From: Octopus vulgaris | Taxonomy: Eukaryota | Direction: 5' to 3' | NCBI GenBank assembly: GCA_951406725.2 | Contig: OX597815.1 | Span: forward strand, 154,752,001 to 154,816,000 | DNA: 64,000 bases | Shown: positions 26,828 to 41,375 of the stretch, one piece after another | Position numbering within the stretch: the first letter of the stretch is position 1 | Layout of the letters: every line of letters begins with the position of its first letter | Position numbers and translations under genes: made by a program | The notes under the pieces: model-generated | What the model was told of the DNA's origin: nothing | Seen by the model: only the letters and a program-made list of their open reading frames with translations | Databases searched by the model: none

Positions 26828-26860
<33 letters not shown>

Positions 26861-26899
26861 CTTAGATAAATTTCGACCCCCGGAAAAGATTTAATGATG

Positions 26900-28480
26900 C
26901 TTCATATTGCAATCATTATTTGGGCACCATAGCCTGTCCGAGTAAAGAGTTATTGTTCGTAGAGGTATATCCGGATGTACAGAGTTTACGTAGCCTTTTT
27001 TGGAGATATTCAATCAGGGAGCGTTTGAATGTTATGAGACGTTTTCTTCATTTGTTGTCATGAGGTTAAAGAGAGTAGGACAAATCGAGGTGAAATAGTT
27101 CTGCCTTAGTCTTGTGATGTGACACAGGCTTAATTTTTCTTAAAGACGGATGTCACAGGCACCAACACCTCAGTGAATTTTAAAGTTAATGCCAACATCC
27201 TTGATATAGAGCTTACGGTGATTTTGCAAGGAATAAATTTTGAGTTCTCGATCTGATCTCAATAATCACGATCTATCATATATATTTTCTCATTTTGTGA
27301 TTGATCACTTCAATTTACATCGTGTCTGTTCTGTGTAGAGAAACCACAATGGACAACAGTATCCAAAGTGATGACAGGTGAATGTAGAAAAGAGAAGGAA
27401 CGTTTCTAGACCGGAAAGACCTGGGCCATGTCAACTTTATAGTTGTTGTGAACATTCTTACTTGTTCTCGACAGTAACTCCGAAATTTCTAGCCGTGTCT
27501 GTTACCACGAAGTTTCTTTCCGAGTTAAGATTGTATGGTAGCTTAAGTGCAGCATCTTTACCGAAGAAGATTAATTCAAATTTATTCTCTTTTTACTGCA
27601 TATATTGTTTTTGCGACCATTGGATAATTTCAAACAAATCCTATTGGAAATTTGGCCGGTTCCCTATGCTATCGCCTAGATGACATCATTAATATAAATA
27701 ATGAAATGTGTTCAATAGTCTTTAGTGAGACTCTACTAATTACTCTTACTGAGCTTGATCGAACATCATCACTATATGCAGGTTATGTCTATCGGAAAAC
27801 ATTCAATCCACTCCGATAGTTTCCCTCGGATTTCAACGTAAGATAGTTTCTTTAATAGGATGCTGTGAACAACCTTGCTGAAGACCTCAATGAAGTCAAG
27901 ATATATGACAACTGCTTAGGAACCCTCTTCCAGAGCACTTACGTTGTATTGAAAGTGATGCAGGACCTATATTAAGAAGTCCCTGCCATTGCAGAACCCA
28001 TGCTGTTTCAGAATAAGCAAACTATAGTAGACCGTTACCTTCTAACAAGTGAGTTACGTGATATCTTACCACACTTTAAAAGAATTTGATGATATGAGAC
28101 GCGATATCGGTCGGTAATTCACAATCAGTGATTTATTGCCCTTTGTGAAAACCGGGGCAATCGAATGGGATAGGAAATTATTGGGAATATAGCCAGCGTC
28201 CAATGATTTCCTGCAGAGAATCGCAAAAGGCAATGCCAGTTGATATCGACTATTATATGACTCTAACAGATGCTGTCGGGGCCTGTATCTGATTTCTTGA
28301 TAATTTGGTTTATAGCTGCAATGATATCCGAAACATAAAATGATACATAGGATCGTGAGTACTGGGGGTTGGTTTCGTTGATACTGTCCAAAATAAACGT
28401 GTTGAGATGGCTCAAAGGGGAGCAGTATTGCTTCTTCAGAATCTAATCCATATTTTCTGCACCACAATGCAGAGTGTAGA
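26900..28480 (-). mobile_element. CR1/L2-group LINE reverse transcriptase remnant
   Basis: Minus-strand fragments IAPVFTKGNKSLIVNYRPIS, QHGF and YLDF..VFSKVVHSILLKKL. Heavily degraded. Confidence 0.8.
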
Positions 28481-29249
28481 CTTTATTAATTAGATGTCCA
28501 ACACATAAGAAACTTATGCTTTTTTGGCGGATAAGATCATTTGGGGATACACTTACATTTTCTAAATGGTCCACTTCTCTTCTACTGTTCTTTTACTATC
28601 AATGACAGTCTTCCTACAGTTTGAAGATAATGTTTCTTTGATTACGGAAGTTATATCTATCGAGTGGGCTGGGGGTCGTTGCACCAGACAATATCTTGTC
28701 CGGTTCTCTTCAGTTCTCTTCAGTTACTTGGTGGACTGGGTTTAATTTTGCTCATGAACCGTAGTGGAATCTGGGGTGGATATATGTTTGTGACAATGTC
28801 CACACAGAGAGGATGTGTTGATGTTGCTTGGAGTAAGACAGAGAGAAAAAGACCAATGAACGAGTGAAAGATCATGGGTGATCACAATTCAGTTAACATT
28901 GTAAAGATCCATGAATTCAAAAGGGTGTGCCGGAGTGAGATCATTTAGTGCCAGTTTTGTCTGCCAGGATCCTCGGCTACAGAAGACCATATCGCGCCCG
29001 GAAAGGAGGGTTATTTCCCCCACTGTACTGTTATGAATAGTGTAAGTGTAGTTACTAAACCTTAAGAAATATAAGGTAAAACTATAACCTTGTTGTGTTT
29101 TCTTGTAGTTTACGTTATATCTTCCCGTATTGCTCCGACCTTATTCAAGGAGCCTCTTTAAATTTATTTAAAAAAATTTATTTTTACATATATTGTATAT
29201 TATTATTTTATTGTATATCACTATATTATGACTCTGATATAATATCTGA

Positions 29250-30650
29250 TCCCTGGTTGCTGGGGATCCCCTGAATAGGGTTGACTAGAAGTTATAGCTT
29301 CATTAAGGTAACTAGTCTAGAAGATGGCAAACTCTGAAATAAAAGCCTGAAACGCCTGGAATTATTGGCCTTCTAATTTCATGTCACACTAATGAAATGT
29401 CTGCTTAAAACATGGTCATCAGTGTAATAACGTTTTGCAAACTATAGTCACAGTTAACATCAGCTATATGGTTAGCAGTAACCGTAAATGTACACTAAAC
29501 TCATTTAAAATGTTTCAGACAGAACTACTAAATGACAACAATTAATTAGAAAGGATAGGTAAACAGGTCGGGCTAGGCAGGTACCCTGCTACTTTGGTTA
29601 ATCAACAGTAAGGGAAGGTTAAACATTAGGAAAAACTGATTGTTGGAATGTACGTACTACAGTCAATGACAATTTGATTCAAAGATGAAAGAGACGAATT
29701 GCATCGGTAGCTTACGAACTGCTAGAAACTCTTCACATATTTTGAAAATTATCCAACTGATTCCTCAAACCATATTATGTCATACCGTCTACATCAGAAG
29801 GAAAATGGGGATACCTTACGATAAGACATGTTTACGCCCCCACAGTGTTATCCAGAGAAGTATCTATTGAACGCTTCTACAACGAACTGGGAAAATTGAA
29901 AAAAAAATGTGCCAGCTTCCAATAGGCACATAATTATAGGTGTATTCAAGTGGAAAGTTGGTTCTAATTTCATTTTGGATAAAGATGATGTAGAGAACTG
30001 TCAGCAGAATAGTGTTTCATTCCCTCTTTTAGCACTAAACATCCATTTATAATTTAAAATAAAAACACTTTATTTCAACAGAAAATAAATATAAAACAAT
30101 TGGATGCATCCAGTGCCTAACAATTAGCTTCTCATTGATTGTATTTTAGAGAAAATCTGTATTGTAAAAGTTGTATGTTATGTGCGCAAAATGCGTGATG
30201 AAGAATGCTAGGTGATCATCGACTAGTCAGGGCCAAACTCACTCCAACTGTAAGAGGAAGAATTAGATATTCTGCGACTTAAGAACTAAAGGAACTCATG
30301 CTGTCCACAATTTTTTTAATGTTGTAAGAAATATCAAACTTAATCCGAGCAAACCTTAGAAAGATTTCAAGATAAAAGTCATCCATGTAACATTTGCATT
30401 AGTTGATATGAAATCAAAGAGTTCCAATGAGTGGGTTACAGATAACAATCTTGAAATGTGTGGCTTACTTAAGGATAAACAAAATCTGTTAAAAAGTTTT
30501 TCCATCAATCAATTCTAATTCTAATGACTTCTTATAAGCAACTAAAAGGAAAGTTACAAAATGTTTTGAGAAATGTTAAGTAGCAATGGTGGTAGGACAA
30601 AACCAAACAAACACAAGCAGCAGTAGTTAGCAAGGATATTAAGGCATTTT
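29250..30650 (+). mobile_element. RTE-clade LINE 5' region (AP endonuclease remnant)
   Basis: Recognisable motifs in shifting frames: WNVRT (about 29644), VYAPT (29830), IIIG.F..KVG (29930), WMHP..LID (30100) and DHRLVRAKL (30213). Confidence 0.8.
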
Positions 30651-30668
30651 GTCACTTACATTACACGA

Positions 30669-30709
<41 letters not shown>

Positions 30710-30880
30710 TTAGGAAATAAGTCCAAACTTACAGGGAAAAATCGTAGGCAGGAAACGATCGTAGTGGATATTAATTATATTTTTTAATAATTGTTACATA
30801 TCTAAATAATATAAATTAATCATATGTATTGGCTTAAGTCTTTCATTGTTTGATTTGCCTAATAGTGGTTTTGTCTCTAA

Positions 30881-30998
<118 letters not shown>

Positions 30999-31003
30999 GC
31001 AGA

Positions 31004-31087
<84 letters not shown>

Positions 31088-31089
31088 AA

Positions 31090-31245
31090 ATCGCTAGCGA
31101 CTACACACATTTTTTCTCTCCTTGTTTCTTTCTGTGTTCCTTTCTGTGGCAAAGCGTTGGCTCGAAACGTTAAAGACTTTTTCAATTCCCGAGCGTTTTC
31201 TACACCACCTGTCTTCGTCTTTTGTTGTTTTTTTTAATGAATTAT
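31090..31245 (+). mobile_element. Short repeat in (TA)n related to 38395-38612, with a decayed minimal hammerhead at about 31140-31175
   Basis: CUUU CUGUGGC A AAGC GUUG GCUC GAAAC GUU AAAG. The 3' half is intact and the core is mutated. Confidence 0.6.
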
Positions 31246-31327
<82 letters not shown>

Positions 31328-32105
31328 GAAACAAGAATGCAACAGATTACAATAAAATATTCGGACAAAGAGACGTTACAAACGCGAAGAAGAGAAACAA
31401 CAATTAGAAGGACAGGCAAAAAAAAAGATGGGTCATTCGTGGTTTTCTTTTCTAAGTCAAGTACCAGACGTTGCGACGAATTCGGGCACTAACACTTGAG
31501 ATGGTTCGATCTGGTTGCTCGCAAAATAGCGTAAGCTAAACACATTAGACTCCTTTGTAAGAAACCTAGCGAATGTGTACGGCAACAAAGACACAAAAAC
31601 AAACAAATAAAAAAAGGAAGAAAATGTTACACAATTACGAATACAAGCAACAAGAAATAACAACAGGTATCTTTCGACTGAGAACGAATCAAATTGAGCA
31701 GGTGTTTATGAAGTGAAAGCCTAAAGGCAGGAACATAGGAGATGAACATAAAAGGAGTTGGTGGTTGGCAGTCAGCCCAACAGAGAAAGATCATGACAGG
31801 CCGGACACTGGTCAAATGGAAGGAAGAGAGATGAGTAGGAGCAGCGGGATTGAAGGATTAGAAAAAAATCAGAGACAATGAGAAAGGTACAGGGGAGATA
31901 AACGAGTGGGAAATAGTGGGAGGTAAGGAAAAAGAGGGCTAAGATATGTGAGTGAGGGAGCGAGAAAAAGGAAGAAAATGAAAGGGGAATAAAAGATAGA
32001 GTAAGAGTCGTACAAAATTTAGATACATACCTATTATAAGGTGAGCGCAAGGTTGTACGTACGCCGCTATACATATATAAATACATACATACATACATAC
32101 ATACA

Positions 32106-32237
<132 letters not shown>

Positions 32238-33179
32238 AATGGAACAAAAACGCAATAGAGGGCAATAAAACATTCGGAGACATAGATGATACAAAGGCGG
32301 ACAGATATAGATAGATGGTTAAGTGGATGGATGGATAAACGAATTGATGAAGAGCGGTTTAGATAAATAGACAGACAAACAAATAGATACATACATACCT
32401 ACATTCATACATAAATACATAAATTCTCACAATCAAATCTTATCTTGAAAAAATACTTTATTTCCTTATCCCTCAATTTTGAACACTATGGATATGTACA
32501 AAATACGAGGATTTATTTTATTTAGAAATGCTAAAAGCTTCATTCAGATTTTATTTTGAATATGATGTTTCCTGTAGGAGGATTGCATAATATTTTACGT
32601 GACATAAATTTTGCAGTGTATTGGTTGCATTATTCTCTTATAATAGCTTCGTTTTGTTGTATATAATGAAAATTCAAACAGAAATAGCAGGCCAAACAAG
32701 AAAATAAGAAATATTGATCTTTGTGTACTGTACCTCACTTTAAATATTTCAACTTAGCGCAGTCCCCTGTAGGAAAAGTTTAGAGAAGTGAAAACGAGAA
32801 TCTACAATATTATTTCTCATTTTATATTATTCTCTTTCCCCTCAGATTCCCTTTCTCAGTATATGTTAATGTTCTTTTTATCTATTTGAAAGCGGAAGAA
32901 AAAGTTCATATTCTTATATATCACAGATTATATGATGCAAAATAAAATGTTAACAAAGAAACCTATATTATATTTATTTATATTATTTCTATGAAAAAAA
33001 AAATCGAGGCATATAGGGACGTAGAAGGAAATAATGTTTTCACCAAGTTAAAGAAAGGTTTATTTAACTATTTAAATAACGTATGCGTATAAAGGTTTGC
33101 GTTTTGTGTGTGAGTATATAGAGATAGATAGATAGATAGATAGATAGATACAGAGATGTATATTCAAGTATGTATACAA

Positions 33180-33234
<55 letters not shown>

Positions 33235-33333
33235 CACACACACACACACATATATATATATGCGCGTGTGAGTGCGTGTGTGTTTAGAATTACGTATATA
33301 TGCATGTATGTATATCTATCTCTCTCTCTCTCT

Positions 33334-33370
<37 letters not shown>

Positions 33371-33398
33371 TGTGTGTGTGTGCATGTGTGTTTAGAAT

Positions 33399-33447
<49 letters not shown>

Positions 33448-33523
33448 ATGTGTGTGTGCATATATAATTGTGTGAGTATATATAGAGAGAAGAGAGAGGG
33501 AGAAGAGAGAGAAGGAAAGGCAG

Positions 33524-33599
<76 letters not shown>

Positions 33600-34001
33600 T
33601 GATTGATTGATTGATAGATAAAGATGCAATATTGATTTATAAACATGTAGTATGAGAATTATAAATACGACTAACACATTCTCTTGCGTTCTTTGTAATG
33701 CGTTTAAGTTTTTTTTTATTACGCACATGAAATCAATTGCAAACAATTGTGATGTGCGTCAGAGAACATGATCGAAGAAGATGTATTACCAATGACTTCG
33801 ATTACATCTCAATAAATTGTGTTTTGTTAGAGAGAATGGAATAAAGGCTTGTAGTTGCTTTTTTTTTTATTATGATCGGTGGGGCCTCAGGTAGAACCTA
33901 CAAAAAACATTTCTGTATCAAGTAGTACGCATGTGTTTGAACGTGCTTGACTCTATGTGCTTTGCATCCATGTGTTTTTTATTTCTACATTATATTCGTA
34001 C

Positions 34002-34108
<107 letters not shown>

Positions 34109-36378
34109 TACATACATATATATATATATGTATATAGATATATATGTATATATCTTTCTATCTATATATATGTATGTATAAATGTATGTACGTACGTGCG
34201 TATGGATGGATATATGTATTCATGAATGTATGCATTTATATCCATGTATATGTGTACATATTTACGTGCATAATGATTATTACATTCTGATACGTACAGC
34301 TGCATCTATAGGTACATTTATAATAACATCGTAAGAGATATGTGCGTAGGTATATTTTGATGATTGTTTTGATTGAATTACATTTATGAGAATCATAGTT
34401 CGTTGTTATTCTTAGTTTATTGTATTTGTTTCTGTGGCCAAATCAGGGAGAAATATCTCTGGAAGCGTCATTTTGCTCTCAATTATTAAGCAATCGCTTT
34501 TCTTTCCCAGAGAAAAATCACCAATTCCAGTCTTCACAGAAAATTATATTATTTTTCTGTGTTTCAGATAATTGCAAATAGTTGTAGATATGGGGATTAT
34601 GAGAGTAACATTTATATTGTAAATACTGATTTGTTTGTCTCAGAGGCAAGATGTTTAATTTATTGCACTGGCATTGGTTACCTGAACATACATTAATCGA
34701 CAAATCGTACGGCTTTAAGGCAAAACAACTAACACACACCGCATTCTATGCAATGAAATATCGAAACAAGTCTAATTGGTTTGTCTTTCAATTTATTTGC
34801 GCACTCACCCGCGCGCGTCTACACAAACACACACAGAAAAAAAAACACATGCACACACCCAAACACACACACATGCACGTACACTCACACACATTGACCT
34901 ATGTGTGTGTACCTGTGTTTTAATATACGGTATTTACTTTAAAGCAAGTTAAAGAATTGCAACGGACTACTCCATAGTGGCATGCCTGTGTAAGAATAGT
35001 AAAGTCAAATGAATTGTCCACAAAAGCTGATCTTCTGAGGTGAGGCATATGTTGGACTGGCCAATGTTACCTTAATATTATCTGAAAGAACGCGTAAGAA
35101 GTTTCTGGGTGCACAATTACTTTGAAGACAAAAGAAATTCTCTTGACATAGGGTTAACCGTAATGAGAAATCTGATAAAACCGTAATGAGAAATCCGATA
35201 AATAAAAATGGCTTTCATAGCGTAAACAAATGATGCCTCGAGGGTTATGGTTAAATTGCTAAAATAAAAGTATTGTTTTTCTCATGATCTACGTGCGGTA
35301 GAATAGTAGGTAATGAGTGGTTAGTGACAAGTTTTTCTAATTATTCGTTCTAAGCGGCTATTCCTCCACTCCATTATTATTGCCGGGGCTGACCTACCAG
35401 AAAGTCACTGTAACCGACTCCTTGATTAAACGTTGACCAAGGATCTCTCTTGGAACATTGCAATGTAGACTGCCAAGAGGACTGGATCTCTCTTCCACGA
35501 TCGCAAATTTCTTAAGCCAAAAGAACAGTTTCTCCCCAGATTTATATCAGTAGGCATAAGTTTTCTGTAAAAATTCATACCTGATATGTCACTGAAACGA
35601 TCGAGATGAAAGCACTAATAAATAATTATCCAAAATTCTGGCCACCTCCTTTTTCTAGCTATATAAAACCTGTAAACCACTTCAAAATATCTACACATAA
35701 ATACAGACAGGCAGACATACACACATACATACATTCATGCATACATAACGACAGACAAACCGACAGATAGACATACATGCATACATACATATACATACAT
35801 ACATTCATGTATGTATGTATATGTATGTATCCGTTTAGTGTTATGAAACAATAGTTGCACACTTGTTTCTAACACGTTTTGGCAGATTCGAGTCTAAACT
35901 ATGCTGGCCACTGTAATGTATATGTTAGAACAATTTCTTCTTTTAACAACAATAGTGTGTTCCCTATACACGTTGTAGTGGTGCATGGCATTGTGGTTCA
36001 CCGGTTCTTCGACTTGCTATATCTCGTCAATCCTAAGTAGCGTGAACTTTGGGACGGGTTTTGTTTATACTTTCAAGAACAAATTATTACGTTATCGTTG
36101 ATCATATATACCTGCCTACCTCGAATAAAATCGTTATTTGACCGACTACAGCAAGGCTTGGAATAAATATTTGCATATTTATTATTAACATGTCTAGGTA
36201 GGTTCACATGTAAAATATGCTAGACACTATACTGTATGGCTTATGAGAAGAAAAAGAGTACTTAGTACTATACTATAGATTAATAATAATATTTTTAATT
36301 TCGTCAATTGTCCCTTCTACTCTGAGTTTCACGTGCAGGTGCTCAGGCAAATTATATCATAATTAAACATCATAAAAA

Positions 36379-36720
36379 GACACCCTTCGGTCAGGAATGA
36401 CCATGGGATTGCACCGAGGAAGTTCCGTTCCGAGGTGCTAGTCCGGGAAAGTTTGTTTGTAGAATGCCAGCAGTCGCTCACGCATAACAGTCTATTCTCT
36501 CCACGCCACCGATGTTGTCCACGAGAAAGGCAAAGGGCGATACAGCTAGGCACCAGTGATGTCCCGACTCATCTCCCATTTCCACAGCTGAGTGAACTTG
36601 CGCTGCGTGAAAATAAAGTATTTTGCTCAAGAACACAACACACAATCAGGTCTGGGAATCGAACTCACAACCTCATAATTTTTAGCCCAACACCCTAATC
36701 ACTGAGTCATGCGACTTCAC
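36379..36720 (-). mobile_element. SINE family B
   Basis: Reverse-complement homolog of 2785-3103. Confidence 0.85.
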
Positions 36721-37063
36721 TAAACACCATATTTAATAGATAAATATAATATTTAGATGTCGATTAACAATGCTAACGATGTTTTGGCGCGGAAAACTTC
36801 TTTAATTTTCCAGCGTTCTACTTAAGAATGGTGCTAATCTGTTAGTATGTCGGGTGAAGCTACGTCAGATTACACGAAATTCTATGGGATTTCAAACTTG
36901 TTTTCGATATTAGATACATAGGAAGCGGAAGTAGCATGTGTATATTGGCCATTTTATGGGCGTTTACGACGTTATACGTTTGTAACCTTATGAACTTGTA
37001 ATTTTAAGGTAATTTATTGCATAAATACCTCTGGTATGCGGTATATAGGTCTATATATATATA

Positions 37064-38354
37064 CGAGGGGCGTTCAATAAGTAATGCCTCTGACCCACTT
37101 GTAGTTGTTTGATCTAGCTGAAAGTTTGCATGTGCATTTATTTATATTTCTATAGATTAAGTGGCAAATTACAGCTCTGAACTAATTGTGGTTTATGATT
37201 TACAGGTGTTTGAACTGAGTCAAGTGTGAAATGGAGCCTGTTGAGTGTCCAGCAGTGATCCGGTTTTTGTATTTGAAAGGACGCACACCTCGGGAGACTT
37301 TTGATGAAATGAAAGTAACTTATGGTGATGATGCCCCTTCATATGACCTTGTAAAACGCTGGCATCGTGAATTCAAACATGGTCGGAACTCTGTGGAAAC
37401 AGCTCGCAGATCTGGTCGCCCCCCTTCTGCCATTGATGAGGCATCTGTCCGTTTAGTTGAGGCTGCCATTTTGGAAGATCGACGCATAATTATTCGCCAA
37501 ATAGCCCATGAGGTCAAGATTAGTACCGGGTCTGTGGAAACTATCATTCATGACCATTTGCATATGCCAAAGGTGTCAGCCAGATGGATTCCCAGGTTAC
37601 TCACAACTTTCCAGAAGCAAGAACGCGTTGAGTGCTCGAGGACGAATTTAGAGATGTGCCAAGAAGATGAGTCAAAATTTTTCAAAAGACTGATTACACA
37701 GGAGGAAACCTGGGTCCATCTCTACGATTCAGAGACCAAAACTCAGTCAATGCAGTGGAAGTACCGTGACTCACCTCCTCCAACGAAGGCAAGGGTGCAG
37801 CCCTTCGCTGGCAAGGTCATGCTCACAGTCTTCTGGGACCAGGACGGAGTAGTGATGACAGATTTCCTGGCAAAGGGTACCACAATTACAGGAGCCTATT
37901 ATGCTTCACGTTTGAGGAAATTAAGAGAAGCTATCAAAATCAAGAGGCGGGGCAAGATCAGCAAAAGCATCCTCCTCCTGCAGGACAACGCTCCGGTCCA
38001 CAACTCGCTTGTCGTCAGATCGGAAGCACAGGCGTGCGGCTATGAACTCCTCCCCCATTCCCCACTCTCCTGACCTTGCACCCTCTTATTTTCACCTCTT
38101 CCCAGCCATGAAGTTTTTTTTTGAAAGGAAAGCGTTTCCCAGATGATGCAGCCTTGATTTCTGAAGTCATGTCGTGGTTGGAGGACCAAGCTGGGGTCTT
38201 CTACAAAAACGGTCTTCAGAGCTGCATCAAACGATGGGAGAAATGCGTAACTCTGGGAGGTTCCTATGTAGAAAAAGACTAATAACTGTGCCAAGTTTCG
38301 TTGCTCTACTGCTATGGGAAGTGGGTCAGAGACATTACTTATTGAACGCCCCTC

Positions 38355-38355
<1 letters not shown>
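37064..38355 (+). mobile_element. Mariner DNA transposon, full length 1,292 bp, copy 2
   Basis: Same TIRs as 740-2031, TA duplications at 37062-37063 and 38356-38357, inserted in a (TA)n tract. Confidence 0.97.
37231..38282 (+). pseudogene. Mariner transposase: 280-aa open frame, then a frameshift
   Basis: WIPRLL and QDNAPVH are present. The first catalytic Asp appears as ITQEETW. A frameshift precedes SPDLAP, and the third Asp codon is TAT. Confidence 0.95.
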
Positions 38356-38396
<41 letters not shown>

Positions 38397-38473
38397 CAAA
38401 ATGTAACCACAGGTGGGTCGTTGGCGATTTTTTCCGTCATCTTCCTTTTCTGTGGGACTTTCCTCCGTTTCCT

Positions 38474-38508
38474 GTTTCTGATGAAGAGCTTTGCTCGAAA
38501 CGTAAAAC
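38474..38508 (+). ncRNA. Minimal type I hammerhead ribozyme (Penelope-type)
   Basis: GUUU CUGAUGA A GAGC UUU GCUC GAAA C GUA AAAC: stem I GUUU/AAAC, stem II GAGC/GCUC, palindromic stem III ACGU, GUA triplet at 38502-38504. It lies within a repeat of about 220 bp (38395-38612) flanked by (TA)n. Confidence 0.85.
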
Positions 38509-38612
38509 CACCTTTCTTTCCTTCCACGAGCGTCTGCTAACACTTTGCATGTACTACGACCTCGCGCTGTTGTTTTTTTTTCTTGTGTTTGTTCTTCGTT
38601 TCTTTTGTTTAC

Positions 38613-38645
<33 letters not shown>

Positions 38646-39332
38646 AACATACATACGTACATACATACATACAGAGTTTCTGGGATTGAATACAGATAGT
38701 ACGATTCTTTTTTATTATATCTATTATGTTTAACATTATATCTGTTATATATCAAATTCAGTCAGTTGGGATAGGCGGTGAGATTTACGTGGGATCATGC
38801 TGGAAGTTTTGTAGTTTTTGAAGTCCACAAAATAAAACATTATACAAAATAAAACATAAAGTGCAGGCGTCTGACATATAAATTTATATAAGGGTACAGT
38901 TGAATGTATTCGTTTAGGACAATTAAATCGTGCTGAACGCTAAATATAATCAACTCCGAGCTTATCAATATGCACCAGCATTTACGAAAAGAAAAGGTTA
39001 ACGCAATAGAAATGATAATTGAAGAATATTCTGCACCAGTTACTCCCACTTATCTGCATATTTAATAATCAAAGCAACGTTTGAATCCCCGAAAAATTTC
39101 GTGTAGTCTCATGTCTTATACAATATGGTGACATATTATCAACATTCTTAAATGGAGTCTTGAAAATTGAATAATCTCCCGCGCAGCAATAGATTATACT
39201 TTCAAAATGCCTTCCGATATTTGCTTTCCTCCGTCTTAGGTATTAGTTAAGATCGGCTTCGAAAAGATTGATTCGTAATCCATAAATCCGATTTCCCCTT
39301 AACGCATTTGCAAGTTATGTAATATACAAGGT

Positions 39333-39510
39333 ATACCAGGTGTTTTCAAAACACTACCCTTCTTCTAACATATTCTTTTTACCATGTTTTTCAGATAAAT
39401 AATTCCAGACGTCAGGTTTAATCGGCAAATGAAAAGGTACTCTGTAATCGTTACCTTAAAAGAGCAGCATAGTGATACAGAAATAGCTTGCTTCCTGAAA
39501 CCTGATGTTC
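39333..39510 (+). mobile_element. Possible 5' end of a Tc1/maT-like DNA transposon
   Basis: TA|CCAGGTGTTTTCAAAA start and a short frame MKRYSVIVTLKEQHSDTEIACFLK that resembles a transposase N-terminal HTH. Confidence 0.4.
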
Positions 39511-39621
39511 CTACGTGAGTAAGGGTATTGCTAAGGTGCATTAGCCAAATATCCGGGACTCTGAATTTCCGATGTTGTTGGCATGTCACCTATTGATATG
39601 TTTTTTTTTACTTATTCTTTT

Positions 39622-39934
39622 ATACTTTCATTTGTTTCAGTTATTTGACTGCGGCCATGCTAGAGCATCTCCTTTAGTCGAACAAATCAACCCCTAGGAC
39701 TTATTCTTTCTAATCCTAGCTCTTATCCTATCGGTATCGTTTGCCGAACTGCTAAGTTACGTGGACGTAAGCACACCAACATCGGTTGTCAACCGGTAGT
39801 GGGGGACAAATACACAGAAACACACGCGCACATACACATACACATATATACTACGATCATTCAGTTTCTGTCTATCAAATTCACTCACAAGGCCTTGATC
39901 CGCCCATGGCTATAGTAGAAAACACTTGCCCAAG
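39622..39934 (-). mobile_element. SINE family A, head truncated at the adjacent LINE fragment
   Basis: Homologous to 2405-2690. Confidence 0.88.
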
Positions 39935-40995
39935 CAACTGATTGGTTATGCGCAAACTTGTTCCATCCACGACGACCACCACCTCATTCGACATAATATA
40001 AACAGGGTGGGGAATGAAGATGGCATGGACGGGGAGTTGATCGATTTGGACAGTCTAAAGCCTTTGATAGGGTTAACCACCCATACCTGGCAGCCGCCCT
40101 CACGTAGGACGCTGAACGGAAGGACCTGTAAAATTTCTCGGTTCTGGTTCGGCCCAGATCTCCAGGTGGAGAAGAACTGGGTCGAGGCGGTGAGCAGGGT
40201 GGCCAATCTCACGCCAAAATGGGATGAGAGAATGTTATACCTGAAAGGTCTGGTGGCAATGGTGAATGCTTACATAGCATCTGTCATCTACTACCGCCTC
40301 ACCGCCGTGCCTTGTCCCGATTCGAATCTGACCAATCCGGAACACCTATTATTCCGCTTTCTATGGACGGGACGCGTTTCACCGGTCATTCGTTCCATTT
40401 TCTGTCAGCATGCTAAATGGGAAGCTAGGCATTCCGTGACTATTGATGTGCAGACACGCGTTGAGACTGCGACATCTTCAGCGATTCCTAGACGCTGAAC
40501 AATTGTGATCGCCGTTTGTCAGATGCAATTTCCCACAGCTTGTTTTTTGATTGAGCCACAGTCCTGGATCAAGCGTAGACAGAGGAGTGGCGCATGGCAC
40601 CTAAAGTGTCGTCAGGCGTTCACACTCCTCTGTCAGTCGGGCAATACGGTCCGTGGAAGTACCACTATAGAGGGTTAGTGGCGGGTAAGTGAGACGACGT
40701 TCTCGGGGAGTCTCTCGGCGTCGTAAATAACGAGTTGGCTGGTCAATTCCGGTGAATATTCATGGCCTGGCACTGCTACCGGAGGGCATTATCTTTTCGA
40801 GATAAATTCCACAGGCATGAAAGTGCATGCAGCTGGGCTTTGCTGAAATGTGCGCAGAACGACGAAACCGTTTTGCATGCTCTAATCCAGCGCCCGAGTA
40901 TTTCTGAGTTGTGGGTTTATGTCGAACACCTGCTGTCGCGTGTAGGACGAATCCAGCTATCAGCTGAGACCATCGTGAGGATAGTCCCACTGTCT
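39935..40995 (+). mobile_element. L1/Tx1-clade LINE ORF2 remnant
   Basis: HLIR...LIDLD.KAFDRV (frameshifted), WFGPDLQVEKNW, VNAYIASVIYYRL and a C-terminal C..ETVLHAL zinc-knuckle-like segment. Internal deletions. Confidence 0.82.
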
Positions 40996-41000
40996 TTATC

Positions 41001-41024
41001 GTTCTTCTTCTTCTTCTTCTTCTT

Positions 41025-41117
<93 letters not shown>
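41001..41117. repeat. Compound microsatellite (TTC)n(TTA)n
   Basis: Directly visible. Confidence 0.98.
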
Positions 41118-41375
41118 TTATTTGATGAAAACTCTCAGCTTATTTTGCTGGGTATGGTGGAAAGTGTCAGCTGTCCACATCCTGCAGACTAAGGCAACAC
41201 TTGTTTAATGGCCATGCTTCAAGGACCTTGCAAAGAATCCTTGTGGTTCCAAGCAATGCGAATTTTTGTAGGTGTTCAACCTTACATTTGTACCAATCTT
41301 TTTGAGCCATGTTGGTAGATAAGTGATGATATTTCCAAGTCCGCTCATAACTATTGGTATCGCATCTACTCTCTT
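41118..41375 (-). mobile_element. R4/Dong-like non-LTR element, extreme 3' end abutting (TAA)n
   Basis: The minus strand reads IPIVMSGLG...LQKFALLGTTRILCKVL, a typical RLE-element C-terminus. Confidence 0.75.

Noticed and set aside
35155-35202. Short local duplications (23 bp here, 20 bp at 48233-48272)
   Set aside because: Two-copy slippage duplications with no further structure.
37231-38073. Possible domesticated SETMAR-like gene
   Set aside because: Flanked by intact TIRs and a TA TSD, no SET domain, frameshifted, and a second near-identical copy is present. It is an ordinary transposon.
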